From the NCBI GenBank assembly GCA_964542785.1, contig CAZIUK010000002.1, forward strand, positions 155,416 to 219,415: a DNA stretch of 64,000 nt, given 5' to 3'. The stretch is from an uncultured Planctomycetales bacterium. Its GTDB lineage: Bacteria > Omnitrophota > Gorgyraeia > Gygaellales > Profunditerraquicolaceae. The notes under the pieces are model-generated. The model ran no database searches, was not told where the DNA came from, and saw only the letters and a program-made list of their open reading frames with translations. Position numbers and translations under genes: made by a program. Shown here in pieces: positions 31,443-41,819 of this stretch; the first letter of the stretch is position 1; each line of letters starts with the position of its first letter.

Positions 31443-32425
31443 AGATAGAGTCTAAAGGTATAGATTCTTTTCAAGGTTTAGAAGAGTTTCGCCTTAAATA
31501 TCTAGGAAGGAAGGGTGTTTTATCTCAGCTTACCGCCATTATACCTACATTGCCTTTACAGGAACGTTCTGCTTTTGGGCAAAAAGTTAACAGCCTGAAG
31601 AAGAAGGTCTTTGAATTTTTAGAGGAAGCGCAAAAGGATTGGGCATCTTTAACAAGCGATAGAGTTTCTCCTTCTTTTGATTTAGGTATGCCGGGGGTTG
31701 TTCAGGATTTAGGGAGTTTGCATCCTTTAACCCAGATTAATGACCAGATATGCGCTATTTTTAACTCTATGGGGTTTTCTACCATAGAAGGCCCTGAAGT
31801 AGAGAGTGAGTATAATAACTTTACCGGCTTAAATATCCCTTTGGAGCATCCTTCACGGGAGGCATTTGATACATTTTACTTAAAAGGCTATCCTAAGATG
31901 TTGTTGCGTAGTCATACATCCCCGGCACAGGTGCGTGTGATGAGAAAGCATAAGGTCCCGTTGGCAGTAATAGTTCCGGGGAAGGTTTACCGTCCGGATG
32001 CGGTAGACGCCTCGCACTCTTTTATGTTTCATCAGATAGAAGGTTTTATGGTTGATAAGGGAGTAAGGTTTTCAGATTTAAAAGGAACGCTTGAATTATT
32101 CGCCAAAAGAATATTCCAAGACGATATAAAGATGCGTTTTCGTCCCCACTTCTTTCCTTTTACCGAGCCATCAGCTGAAGTGGATATATCGTGTATTATC
32201 TGTAAAGGGAAAGGTTGTTCGGTCTGTGGCAAAAAAGGCTGGCTTGAGATTTTAGGCGCCGGGATGATACATCCGAATGTTTTAAAAGGCGTGGGGATAG
32301 ATTATAAAAAATATACCGGATTTGCCTTTGGCATGGGCTTAGAAAGAATAGCGATGCTTAAGTATGGAATAAATGATATAAGGGTATTCTTTGAGAACGA
32401 CCTAAGGTTTTTAAAACAATTTTAA
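31412..32425 (+). CDS. pheS: Phenylalanine--tRNA ligase alpha subunit
   Basis: The 337-aa ORF has class II motifs (FRPHFFPFTEPS, GFAFGMGLERIAML). Confidence 0.92.
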   Translation: MDIDSIITQVEIESKGIDSFQGLEEFRLKYLGRKGVLSQLTAIIPTLPLQERSAFGQKVNSLKKKVFEFLEEAQKDWASLTSDRVSPSFDLGMPGVVQDLGSLHPLTQINDQICAIFNSMGFSTIEGPEVESEYNNFTGLNIPLEHPSREAFDTFYLKGYPKMLLRSHTSPAQVRVMRKHKVPLAVIVPGKVYRPDAVDASHSFMFHQIEGFMVDKGVRFSDLKGTLELFAKRIFQDDIKMRFRPHFFPFTEPSAEVDISCIICKGKGCSVCGKKGWLEILGAGMIHPNVLKGVGIDYKKYTGFAFGMGLERIAMLKYGINDIRVFFENDLRFLKQF

Positions 32426-32428
32426 AAG

Positions 32429-34453
32429 ATGAAATTTACTTATAACTGGCTAAAAGATTATACTGATATTAGGATATCTCCGGTAAAACTTGCAGAGAAA
32501 CTTACTATGGCAGGATTAGAGGTTGTCTCTCTGCAGTCTAGGGAAGGGGATTATATATTTGAGGTAGAGGTTACTTCTAACCGTCCTGATTGGTTAAGCA
32601 TCGTTGGTATAGCCAGAGAGGTATCCGCAATAACCGGAGCAAGCTTAAAGCCTTTAAAGTTTAAGCAGAATAAAGTCAAGAAAGATTCTGCGGGGATAAA
32701 GATAACTATTGAGAACAAAAAAGACTGTCTTCTGTATAGTGCAAGGGTTATTAGTGGGATTAAGGTTGGGCCTTCCGTGGGTTGGTTGAGGAAAAGGCTT
32801 GAGCTTATTGGTTGCCGTAGCGTAAATAATGTTGTAGATATAACTAATTATTGTCTCTTTGAATTAGGAGAACCGTTGCACGCATTTGATTTAGATAAGA
32901 TAAACTCAAATAAGATTTTTGTACGACGCGGCAGAAGAGGAGAGAGACTTATAACCATTGACGGATTAACAAGGGATATTAATGAAGGGTCTTTGGTTAT
33001 CGCTGATGAAGAGAAGCCTTTAGCATTAGCCGGTATTATGGGAGGGCAGGAGTCCGAAGTCTCTTATTCTACAACCAGTATTTTATTAGAATCAGCGGTT
33101 TTTAACCCCGTGGTGATTCGCAGGCAGAGGCAATTACTGGGGATGCAGAGTGAATCTAGTTATAGGTTTGAAAGAGGGGTAGATTTAGCAGGAGTAGTTA
33201 AGGCATCTGAGAGGGCGGCTCAGTTGATTATTGAGCTTTGTTCCGGAGAAGATAAAGGATTTTATTCTTTAGGTTTAGCAGAGCCTAAAAAAAGGGTAGT
33301 TGTATTTAATCCAACTAATTTAGAGAAGATCTCGGGCCTTAAGATTAAAACTGCGCGTATTAAAAGTATTTTATCCGGGTTAGGGTTTAAGGTTAAGGCA
33401 AAAGAAAGAGGGTTATTAGATGTAATTCTTCCTTCATTCAGGCAGGATATCTTTTTGGAAGAGGATTTAATAGAAGAGATTATCCGCATTTATGGCTATG
33501 AACATATTCCGGTAACTCTACCTAAGGTTTTGCCTTCTATAATCATTGAAGAAGAAGGGGTCTTAGCATCAAAGATAAAGGATATACTTGTAGGATTAGG
33601 ATTAAATGAAGCGGTTACATATAGTCTTACCAATATAAAATATTTAAATAGCGTTAATACCTTATCAAGCCCGATAGAGCTGTTAAACCCTTTAAGCCAG
33701 GAGCAAGGGGTATTAAGGACAACGCTTATCCCCGGGTTAGTTTGTGCAGTAGCCCATAATTTAAATCAGAAACAGGATTGCATAGTCCTTTTTGAATGTG
33801 CTAAAGTATTCTTTGAAAAAGAGGGATCTATCTATCAAGAACTTAGGTTAGGGTTAGCCCTAAGCGGGATAAAAAAGACATTTTTTAATGATCTTGTTGT
33901 TAAGGATGAGATGGGGATGCTTAACTTAAAAGGAATCATTGAAACGCTTTTAAGAAGGCTTTACGTAAAGGAGTATGATTTTGTAAGTGATGCGCGTGAA
34001 TTAAGAGCAGATGTTTATATTAATAATGAAAAAGCTGGATTAATGCAAGTTTTAAGCCAAAAGGCGCTTGGTACCTTTGGTATTAAGGGTAAGGATGTTT
34101 TTGTTGCGGAGTTGTTTTTAAACAAAATACCTTTGTCTTCTTCGGCAAAAAAAAGGTATGTTCCGCTCTCTAAATACCCCGGATCCTTTCGGGATATAAG
34201 TCTTATTCTAAAAAAAGAGGAATCTATTAAAAATATCCTGCTTGCTATAGAAGAAAAAGGTAGGTCTCTTTTACGAAGCCTAAAGGTATCGGATTACTAT
34301 AAGGGCAGGCAAATACCGGAAGGTTACCGTGGGTTGACTTTGGAGTTAGTTTATGCTTCCGACGAACGTACCTTAACAGAAGAGGATGTTGCCCCGCTTC
34401 ATGAGAGTATTTGTCTTTTGTTAAAGAGCCGATTTGATATTCAGATAAGGTAG
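32429..34453 (+). CDS. pheT: Phenylalanine--tRNA ligase beta subunit (short form lacking the N-terminal tRNA-binding OB domain)
   Basis: The 674-aa ORF starts MKFTYNWLKDY and has B3/B4, B5 and FDX-ACB domains. It is 120-130 aa shorter than typical bacterial PheT. Confidence 0.88.
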   Translation: MKFTYNWLKDYTDIRISPVKLAEKLTMAGLEVVSLQSREGDYIFEVEVTSNRPDWLSIVGIAREVSAITGASLKPLKFKQNKVKKDSAGIKITIENKKDCLLYSARVISGIKVGPSVGWLRKRLELIGCRSVNNVVDITNYCLFELGEPLHAFDLDKINSNKIFVRRGRRGERLITIDGLTRDINEGSLVIADEEKPLALAGIMGGQESEVSYSTTSILLESAVFNPVVIRRQRQLLGMQSESSYRFERGVDLAGVVKASERAAQLIIELCSGEDKGFYSLGLAEPKKRVVVFNPTNLEKISGLKIKTARIKSILSGLGFKVKAKERGLLDVILPSFRQDIFLEEDLIEEIIRIYGYEHIPVTLPKVLPSIIIEEEGVLASKIKDILVGLGLNEAVTYSLTNIKYLNSVNTLSSPIELLNPLSQEQGVLRTTLIPGLVCAVAHNLNQKQDCIVLFECAKVFFEKEGSIYQELRLGLALSGIKKTFFNDLVVKDEMGMLNLKGIIETLLRRLYVKEYDFVSDARELRADVYINNEKAGLMQVLSQKALGTFGIKGKDVFVAELFLNKIPLSSSAKKRYVPLSKYPGSFRDISLILKKEESIKNILLAIEEKGRSLLRSLKVSDYYKGRQIPEGYRGLTLELVYASDERTLTEEDVAPLHESICLLLKSRFDIQIR

Positions 34454-34456
34454 GGT

Positions 34457-34490
34457 TGACTTTGCTAAAATATGTGCTATACTTTTTTTA
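34457..34490 (+). promoter_or_regulatory. Putative sigma70-type promoter for the rarA/EF-G-paralog transcript
   Basis: TTGACT, 17-nt spacer, TATACT. It is followed by a roughly 135-nt leader containing the imperfect hairpin GTTGGAAAATTGATAATTTTTGAACCAAC. Confidence 0.35.
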
Positions 34491-34630
34491 GAAAAAGAGT
34501 TCTTTTAAAATCCCTGCTGTGCGCGTTGGAAAATTGATAATTTTTGAACCAACAAAAATATCAAGGGAGCCTGTATTCTACGGCGCTTTTGCACCATAGA
34601 GAAGGCACCCACCTAAAAAGATAGGTTCAA

Positions 34631-35983
34631 TTGAATCAGTCTAACGGCACAAAGCGGGGATTTTTTTATGCTATGGATTTATTCCCTAAAGAAAAAACAG
34701 AAGAGCTTACAAATCTTCCCTTGGCAGTCCGTATGCGACCGGTTTCTTTAGATGATTTTATTGGCCAAGAGGATATTGTAGGCAAGGGAAAGCTTTTGCG
34801 TCGGGCAATAGAGGCTGACCGGTTAAATTCTCTTATCCTATTTGGCCCTCCTGGGGTAGGCAAGACTTCTTTGGCGTGGTGTATAGCAAATATCACAAAA
34901 GCCCACTATTCTTCTATTAATGCTACAATTTCTAATGTAGAAGAGTTGCGTAAAATAATATCCTCTGCGAAACAAAAATATACTAATACCGGAAAAAAGA
35001 CGATACTTTTTATAGATGAAATTCACCGCTTTAATAAAGCACAGCAAGATGCTTTGCTTCCGGATGTCGAGGGCGGGAATCCCATCTTAATTGGGGCAAC
35101 AGTACATAACCCGTATTTTTCTATTATCCCTCCATTGATCTCCCGCTCCCTTGTTTGCGAGCTTAAAAGCCTTAAAAGCTCAGATATCGCTGCAATTTTA
35201 TCTCGCGCCTTGAAAGATAAATCTTTAGGGTTTGGTGCATTAAAGGTTAAAATAGATAAAGAAGCGCTTAAGTTTTTAACGCATACATGTGAAGGGGATG
35301 CGCGCAGGGCGCTTAATGCCCTTGAGATAGCGGTTCTTACTACCCCGGAAGGAAAAGATGCAAGTATAAATATTAATTTAGAAATTGTCGTAGAATCTAT
35401 CCAAAAAAAGCCGGTTGTCTATGATAAGAGCGAAGACGGGCATTACGATACTGCTTCTGCCTTTATCAAATCTATGCGCGGAAGCGATCCTGATGCCGCG
35501 CTCTACTGGATGGCGAAGATGCTTTATGCCGGAGAAGACCCTAGGTTTATTGCGCGTAGAATTTGTATCTTAGCAGCGGAGGATGTTGGCAATGCTGATC
35601 CGTTAGCTTTAGTTTTGGCGAATGCCGCTTTACAGGTATCAGAGTTTGTTGGGATGCCTGAGGCGCGTATACCTTTAGCGCAGGCGGTAATCTATCTTTC
35701 TTGTGCCCCTAAATCCAATGCCAGCTATTTAGCTATTGATAAAGCAATGCAGGATATCAAGAGTTATAAAGTTCAGGAGGTTCCAGATTATTTAAAGGAT
35801 GCTACCTTAGACAAAGAAGATCTTGGTCATGGAAGAGGGTATAAATATGCTCATGATTATAAGGGGCATTATGTAAAACAAAAATATACACGTAAAAGGG
35901 TGCGTTACTATGAACCTACAAATATGGGGTATGAGTTAAAGATAAAAGAACGGATGCAGAAGATAAAAAAGATAGATAAATGA
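34631..35983 (+). CDS. rarA: Replication-associated recombination protein A (AAA+ ATPase)
   Basis: The 450-aa ORF has Walker A GPPGVGKTSLA, Walker B ILFIDEIHRFNK, and the MgsA C-terminal domain. Confidence 0.9.
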   Translation: MNQSNGTKRGFFYAMDLFPKEKTEELTNLPLAVRMRPVSLDDFIGQEDIVGKGKLLRRAIEADRLNSLILFGPPGVGKTSLAWCIANITKAHYSSINATISNVEELRKIISSAKQKYTNTGKKTILFIDEIHRFNKAQQDALLPDVEGGNPILIGATVHNPYFSIIPPLISRSLVCELKSLKSSDIAAILSRALKDKSLGFGALKVKIDKEALKFLTHTCEGDARRALNALEIAVLTTPEGKDASININLEIVVESIQKKPVVYDKSEDGHYDTASAFIKSMRGSDPDAALYWMAKMLYAGEDPRFIARRICILAAEDVGNADPLALVLANAALQVSEFVGMPEARIPLAQAVIYLSCAPKSNASYLAIDKAMQDIKSYKVQEVPDYLKDATLDKEDLGHGRGYKYAHDYKGHYVKQKYTRKRVRYYEPTNMGYELKIKERMQKIKKIDK

Positions 35984-35986
35984 TGT

Positions 35987-38900
35987 ATGAATAACCTGAC
36001 TTTAATAGTATTAGTCCCTGCGGTAGGTATGGTTCTCTACGCCTTATATGCGGTTTTCTTTTCGTCTTCTTGCCCAAAAGAAAAGAAGCTGAAGAAAAAA
36101 ATAAGCGATCTTACCCTGCCTGACTTCCGCGACCAGAAGATATCCCGACTTGAGGAGGAGTTAAAAAAATTAGAAGCAGAACTTGAAAAACAACGTCTTA
36201 TATATAATACTGAAAAAGCAAGTTTTCAGGAGGCGACAAGTAAATATAATGAGCTAAAAGAAGAGTTAAGCCGCAGGCAGGCGTGGGTTACGGCTTCTGA
36301 AGGGATGCTTGATAAGGTAAAAGCAGAAAATTTAGAACTTAAGAACCGGTTTATAGAAAAGGAGAAGGAATCTCAGGAAGAGTTTACCAAAAATGTAAAC
36401 TTAAAAAAAGAGATAGGCAAGCTTAAAATAAAAATAGGCGAGTTAGAAAAGATTAGCAAGGACAAGGAAGAGCAGATTGAGATACAGAGGCATAGGATAG
36501 AAAAAAATGAGCGGGATACAAAAGTTTATTTAAAGACTATAGATGAGTTTAAGAATAAAGAGAAGATAAGCGAATGGATTCCTAAGGTAGAGTTTAACAA
36601 ACTTAATGAAGAGTACACTGAATTAGAAAAAGAATTAGAGGAGAAAGAGGAACGCCTTAAAGGTTTTGCCGAAGAAATAGTTAGTTTAAGGAAGCAGGTC
36701 CGGGAGGGTTCTTCTTTAGATGTGCTTACAAAAGGCGAGGATAAAGACGAACGTAAACTCCTTAAAAAAGAAGATATGATAGAGTCGTCTGTAGATAAAG
36801 AAGAGCTAAAGAAGACGGCAGCGAAAAGTAATGATGAAGCCTTTCCTATAGGGACTAAAGAGGGGGATCTTAAGGAAGAAAAAGAGGAGAAAGAAGTTGT
36901 AAGCCAATCAGCAGAGATTAAGGATAAGGAAAAATTTATTCCCCAACTAAAATACTCTTTAGATAAAACTCGCAATATAGGGATTATGGCGCATATTGAT
37001 GCCGGCAAGACCACAACTACGGAACGGATATTATTTTACACCGGGAAATCCCATAAGATAGGAGAGGTACACGAGGGGGCTGCGGCTATGGATTGGATGA
37101 AACAGGAGCAGGAGCGGGGGATAACGATTACCTCTGCTGCGACAACTTGTTTTTGGAAAGATTACCGTATTAATGTAATTGATACTCCTGGGCATGTAGA
37201 TTTTACAGTAGAAGTAGAGCGCTCTTTGCGTATCTTAGACGGAGCTGTGGCTGTTTTTTGCGCAGTAGGAGGCGTTGAGCCACAATCAGAGACAGTATGG
37301 CATCAATCAAATAAGTATAACGTCCCTAAGATTGGGTTTGTTAATAAGATGGATAGGGTTGGCGCGGATTTTTATGCGGTTTTAAAGGGGATAGAGGAGG
37401 ATTTAGGGGGAAATCCTATCCCCATAGAGATACCTTTATTAAAAGAGGAAGGAGATTTTCAGGGGGTAGTAGATTTGTTAGAGATGAAGGCTTATATTTA
37501 TGAAGATGAGTCTTTAGGCAAAGGATACCGTATTGAAGATATCCCTCAGGATTATTTAGAAAAGGCAAAAGAGTACCGGCACATTATGGTTGAGAAAGCA
37601 GCAGCATTTGACGAGGGGTTAATGAAGAAGTATTTAGAGCAGGGGGAATCTGCTATTAGCGTAGAGGAATTATCCTCGGTGATAAGAAAAGGGACAATAA
37701 GCAACAAGGTTGTTCCTCTTCTCTGCGGCTCGGCATTTAAAAATAAAGGATTGCAGAAGTTGTTAGATGCAGTAGTAGCGTATCTGCCCTCTCCTTTAGA
37801 TGTTCCGGCAGTTGAGGGGCATGATTTAAAAGATCCTGATAATATACTTTTGCGTAAACCCGGGATAAAAGAACCTTTTGCCGGGCTTGCTTTTAAGGTT
37901 CAGGCAGATCCGCATATGGGGAAATTAGTCTACACCCGCATTTATTCTGGTTGCCTTCAAACAGGTACCTATATTTTAAACTCAACTAAAAATAAAAAGG
38001 AGAGAATAGCGCGCATAGTCCAGATGCACGCAAACCAGAGGGAGAATACTGAGAATGCCTTTGCCGGGGATATAGTGGCAGTAGTTGGTTTAGGTAATAC
38101 AACTACTGGGGACACTCTTTGCGATCCGGACAATCCTCTTTTGTTAGAGGCGATACAATTTCCTACGCCGGTTGTCTCTTTAAGCATTGCCCCAAAGAGC
38201 AGGTCAGATCAGGATAAGTTAGGAAAGGGTCTGTCAAGGCTTGCTGAAGAAGACCCGACTTTTATTGTTAATACAGACGATGAGACTAAAGAGGTTATTT
38301 TAACCGGGATGGGAGAGTTACATCTTGAAGTTATCGTTGATAGATTAAAAGAAGAGTTTGGGGTAGAGGCAATAGTAGGTCAGCCAAAAGTAGCTTACCG
38401 AGAGACGATTACTATAGAATCAGAAGGTGAGGGTAAGTATATTAAACAATCCGGAGGTCGCGGGCAATATGGGCATTGTAATTTAAGGATTGTTCCGGCA
38501 AAGCCCGGAGAGGGGTTTGAGTTTATTGATTCTATAAAAGGAGGAGCTATCCCGCGTTCGTTTATTCCTGCGATAGAAAAAGGCGTAATTGAGGCGATGC
38601 GAAAAGGGGTGTATGTAGGATACCCGGTTGTAGATATTAAGGTAGAGTTATATGATGGTTCTTTTCACGAAGTAGATTCTTCAGAGCTTGCTTTTAAGAT
38701 GGCAGGGATCTTTGGATTTAAAGATGCCTTTTTGAAGGCTAAGCCTATTTTATTAGAGCCGTATATGTCTTTGGAAGTATCTACTATAGAAGAATATGCT
38801 AATGCCTGTATCGGGTACATTTGTTCCCGACGAGGAAAGATTTTAAATACCGAACCAAAAGGCAAGCAGAAGATAATCTCTGCAGAAGTTCCCTTAGCAG

Positions 38901-39037
38901 AGATGTTTGGTTATGCTACGGCTTTCCGCTCCCTCTCTTCCGGACGCGCAAATGCCTCTATGGAGTTTTCTAAATACTTACAAGTCCCGCAGGAGATTAC
39001 CCAAAAACTCATTAAAGAAAAACAAAAAAAAGAATAG
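35987..39037 (+). CDS. EF-G paralog with an N-terminal transmembrane anchor and about 300-aa coiled-coil extension (membrane-tethered translocase-like GTPase)
   Basis: A single 1016-codon ORF. Residues 5-26 are hydrophobic ([22 protein letters not shown]) and residues 35-320 are K/E-rich heptad coiled coil. From about residue 325 (about nt 36960) it is a complete EF-G: [35 protein letters not shown], domains II-V. It starts 4 nt after the rarA stop. Confidence 0.8.
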   Translation: MNNLTLIVLVPAVGMVLYALYAVFFSSSCPKEKKLKKKISDLTLPDFRDQKISRLEEELKKLEAELEKQRLIYNTEKASFQEATSKYNELKEELSRRQAWVTASEGMLDKVKAENLELKNRFIEKEKESQEEFTKNVNLKKEIGKLKIKIGELEKISKDKEEQIEIQRHRIEKNERDTKVYLKTIDEFKNKEKISEWIPKVEFNKLNEEYTELEKELEEKEERLKGFAEEIVSLRKQVREGSSLDVLTKGEDKDERKLLKKEDMIESSVDKEELKKTAAKSNDEAFPIGTKEGDLKEEKEEKEVVSQSAEIKDKEKFIPQLKYSLDKTRNIGIMAHIDAGKTTTTERILFYTGKSHKIGEVHEGAAAMDWMKQEQERGITITSAATTCFWKDYRINVIDTPGHVDFTVEVERSLRILDGAVAVFCAVGGVEPQSETVWHQSNKYNVPKIGFVNKMDRVGADFYAVLKGIEEDLGGNPIPIEIPLLKEEGDFQGVVDLLEMKAYIYEDESLGKGYRIEDIPQDYLEKAKEYRHIMVEKAAAFDEGLMKKYLEQGESAISVEELSSVIRKGTISNKVVPLLCGSAFKNKGLQKLLDAVVAYLPSPLDVPAVEGHDLKDPDNILLRKPGIKEPFAGLAFKVQADPHMGKLVYTRIYSGCLQTGTYILNSTKNKKERIARIVQMHANQRENTENAFAGDIVAVVGLGNTTTGDTLCDPDNPLLLEAIQFPTPVVSLSIAPKSRSDQDKLGKGLSRLAEEDPTFIVNTDDETKEVILTGMGELHLEVIVDRLKEEFGVEAIVGQPKVAYRETITIESEGEGKYIKQSGGRGQYGHCNLRIVPAKPGEGFEFIDSIKGGAIPRSFIPAIEKGVIEAMRKGVYVGYPVVDIKVELYDGSFHEVDSSELAFKMAGIFGFKDAFLKAKPILLEPYMSLEVSTIEEYANACIGYICSRRGKILNTEPKGKQKIISAEVPLAEMFGYATAFRSLSSGRANASMEFSKYLQVPQEITQKLIKEKQKKE

Positions 39038-40704
39038 GGATACCCAACCTGCTAAAGCTGTCTGTAGAATAACATTACAGATAGCGTCATTAATGGCTTG
39101 TTGATACCGTTTGAATATCGAAGACCTCAATAATCCTTCTCTTAAGCGGGGGGCAATTTGCTCTATAGGGCTAAATACAGAATCAAGATTACACTGGTAA
39201 CCTTCCCCAACGATGGATTAAAGTATTAAGTGCTTGATTCCTGGGTGTATCCTTTTTGAGTATAGTATCTTGTTATTGATAATGTAAAATATCTTTCGCG
39301 CTTTTAATATTGTCTTTAGTATAAAAAAGGCATATCCTCTTAGGTTGATAACGTAAATTATTAACCTAATTGAGGCTTTAGGCCTCAGCAAAAGGAGGAT
39401 ACGCCTTATGAGCAGGCCGGTTGATTTTTCTACCAGTAATCTACCAAAGCAATGGCAATATGTAAAGCGTAATTTAAAAGAGATGGGGATATTGAATCAG
39501 ACAGAAGCAGATAATATAGAGGTTAAAGCACGGTTGATAGTGGAAGCGTTCTTCCAGCGCGGAATATTTACTGAGTTTAGAGAACAGCTAAAAGCGGATG
39601 TATATGAGCACGCAGAAGAACGAACCGATATCCGTTCAGGTACTTATCCGCGTATATTTACTACTACCTTTGGCAAGACTAAGCTATTAATTCCAAAGGT
39701 CAGGAAGAAAAGCAAAGAATACGTATATAAACTATTTGCCAAATACCAGAGAAGACAAAAGAAGTTTGACGATATGATAGTATTATCGCTGATATTGGGT
39801 TTTTCAACCCGCAAGCAGCAAAGGTTTTTCCAGGCCTTTATCGGTGATTCAGTAAGCCATCAGACAGCATCACTTCTATTGCAGAATCTTAGCGATGATC
39901 TAAGGCAGTATCAATCCATGCCTATAGAAGATAAGTATAGGTTTATCTTCATTGATGGACTCTGGGTGCATATTAAAGAAGTTGACATCAAAAAGAGGCC
40001 AATTCTTTTTGCCTTAGGGATAACCCAAGACGGCAATCAGGAGATTATCGCCTTTAAATTAGCTAAAGGCGAGACAGAAGAGGAATATACAAGTTTTTTA
40101 AATGACCTCTACCGCAGAGGTTTAAAAGGCAAATCTTTAGAGCTTATTATCCAGGACGGTTCAGAAGCAATTACTTCTGCGGTAAATATGGTTTATCCGT
40201 ATACTCCAAGACAACGTTGCTATACGCATAAGTTAAGGAACTTACTGCAGAATATCCGGCATAAAGTTAAACATAGGCCTAAAATGGCAAGAGAGGCAAG
40301 CAGAATCTACAAGGCCGCATCCCGGCATGAAGCAATTAGGCGATTTAGGGTGTTTGTCAACAAGTGGCGCTATAAAGAACCTAAAGCAGTTAAATGCTTC
40401 CAGGATGAATTTTACCATACGCTTAACTTTTATGATTTTCCAAAGGAAGTGCGTTCTGCCATATCCACCACTAATCATTTAGAGCGCTTCCTTGAAGAAA
40501 TTAGAAGGCGTATTAAGATACAAGGTTACTTTAAGAACAAACGCAGCCTTAACCTTTGGATATTCGGCCTTATAAAACATATAAACTTAAACCCAATTAA
40601 GCAGCCTAAAGGGTATGTCTTAAAGCAAAAGCGCGAAACATTGCTTGCTTAACTTTGTTATTATTTTTCTTGAGAATTATATATATTAATGTTAAAATTC
40701 ATTT
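39038..40704 (+). mobile_element. IS256-family insertion sequence (boundaries approximate; inverted repeats not resolved by eye)
   Basis: A 370-bp non-coding stretch plus the transposase gene lies between the EF-G paralog and the MetV-like gene. A hairpin TGAGGCTTTAGGCCTCA overlaps the transposase RBS. Confidence 0.4.
39408..40652 (+). CDS. IS256-family (Mutator-type) transposase
   Basis: The 414-aa ORF has a DDE region (FIDGLWVHIKE, IQDGSEAI) and the QRCYTHKLRNLL motif (family consensus QRCWVHKMRN). Confidence 0.85.
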   Translation: MSRPVDFSTSNLPKQWQYVKRNLKEMGILNQTEADNIEVKARLIVEAFFQRGIFTEFREQLKADVYEHAEERTDIRSGTYPRIFTTTFGKTKLLIPKVRKKSKEYVYKLFAKYQRRQKKFDDMIVLSLILGFSTRKQQRFFQAFIGDSVSHQTASLLLQNLSDDLRQYQSMPIEDKYRFIFIDGLWVHIKEVDIKKRPILFALGITQDGNQEIIAFKLAKGETEEEYTSFLNDLYRRGLKGKSLELIIQDGSEAITSAVNMVYPYTPRQRCYTHKLRNLLQNIRHKVKHRPKMAREASRIYKAASRHEAIRRFRVFVNKWRYKEPKAVKCFQDEFYHTLNFYDFPKEVRSAISTTNHLERFLEEIRRRIKIQGYFKNKRSLNLWIFGLIKHINLNPIKQPKGYVLKQKRETLLA

Positions 40705-41358
40705 ATGATTATAACAGAGAGAAAACCTATTCAGGCTATTATAGATAGCTTAAAAGATTACTCTAAGATTTTTATTCTTGGTTGTGGAGAGTGTGCTACT
40801 GCCTGTAAGACCGGGGGAGAAGTAGAGGTAATTAAGATGAAAAAAGACTTAGAGTCTATCGGCAAGATTATTACTGGAAGCTGCATCCCTTCTGCGCCAT
40901 GCGTGGCGGCAAAATTGAAAAGCGAAATAGCAAAAAATATAAAAGCGCTGCAAGAGGCAGATGCGGTTTTGGTTTTAGCCTGTGGTTTAGGGGTTCAGTC
41001 TTTTAGGGATAATGACCGTCTTGGTTTGTCGGTTTTTCCTGCGCTTAATACTACCTTTGGCGCGGTAATGGATTCCAAAGGTAATTTTTATGAGAAGTGC
41101 TCTATGTGTGGAGAGTGTGTATTAGATAGGACCGGCGGGATATGTCCAGTAACACTTTGCCCAAAAGGGCTTCTTAATGGCCCTTGTGGAGGGATGAAAA
41201 GAGGGAAGTGTGAAGTGGACAATGAGCAGGATTGCGCTTGGGTTTTGATTTATAGAGAATTAGAAAAGACTAAAAGACTCTCTTTTTTAAAGGAATTCCA
41301 TCCGGCAAAAGATTTTAAGAAGTCAGGCAAGCCGCATAAACTGATATTTGCAAAATAG
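40705..41358 (+). CDS. Cys-rich protein resembling the methylenetetrahydrofolate reductase C-terminal domain (MetV-like)
   Basis: The 217-aa ORF has multiple CxxC pairs (GCGECATAC, CSMCGEC) and a CPKGLLNGPCGG motif of the kind found in MTHFR_C/MetV proteins. No metF is adjacent. Confidence 0.45.
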   Translation: MIITERKPIQAIIDSLKDYSKIFILGCGECATACKTGGEVEVIKMKKDLESIGKIITGSCIPSAPCVAAKLKSEIAKNIKALQEADAVLVLACGLGVQSFRDNDRLGLSVFPALNTTFGAVMDSKGNFYEKCSMCGECVLDRTGGICPVTLCPKGLLNGPCGGMKRGKCEVDNEQDCAWVLIYRELEKTKRLSFLKEFHPAKDFKKSGKPHKLIFAK

Positions 41359-41381
41359 TAAAATTACAACAAGAGGCATAA

Positions 41382-41819
41382 ATGAATAAACAATTTCCTT
41401 ATAATGAAAAAGTCATGGATCATTTTGCTAATCCCAGGAACGTCGGGGAGATCCCTGATGCCAGCGGTATTGGAGTCGTAGGAAATCCTGTTTGTGGAGA
41501 TGTAATGAAGATGTTTTTAAAGATAGAGGGTAATACCATTGTGGATATTAAATTTAAGACCTTTGGTTGTGGCGCAGCCTTAGCTACAAGCTCTATGGTT
41601 ACAGAGATGGTTAAGGGAAAAACTATAGCTGATGCCTTAAAAATAACTAACAAGGAAGTTGTAGATGCCTTAGGGGGATTGCCATCAGTTAAAATGCATT
41701 GTTCAGTTTTAGCTGAGGAGGCATTGCGTTCAGCCTTAAAAGATTATTATCAAAGACAAGGCAAGCCTGTGCCTTTTGATGAAAAAGAGCATTTAGATGA
41801 GAGTAAAAAGCATTTGTAG
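41382..41819 (+). CDS. iscU: NifU/IscU-like Fe-S cluster assembly scaffold
   Basis: The 145-aa ORF has three conserved Cys motifs (NPVCGD, GCGAALA, HCSVLA). Confidence 0.8.
   Translation: MNKQFPYNEKVMDHFANPRNVGEIPDASGIGVVGNPVCGDVMKMFLKIEGNTIVDIKFKTFGCGAALATSSMVTEMVKGKTIADALKITNKEVVDALGGLPSVKMHCSVLAEEALRSALKDYYQRQGKPVPFDEKEHLDESKKHL

Noticed and set aside
34454-34630. Possible riboswitch or sRNA upstream of rarA
   Set aside because: It has a plausible promoter and an imperfect hairpin but no recognisable riboswitch consensus, and rarA is not known to be riboswitch-controlled. It is kept only as a low-confidence promoter.
36526-37014. 162-aa minus-strand ORF inside the EF-G paralog
   Set aside because: It is antisense to the K/E-rich coiled-coil region, which gives an S/L/F-rich low-complexity translation. 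This is a typical shadow ORF.
39038-39407. Possible gene or CRISPR-like repeats in the 370-bp spacer upstream of the transposase
   Set aside because: There is no ORF of 60 aa or more and no regularly spaced direct repeats. It contains only short hairpins and is most simply IS-end or target remnant DNA.
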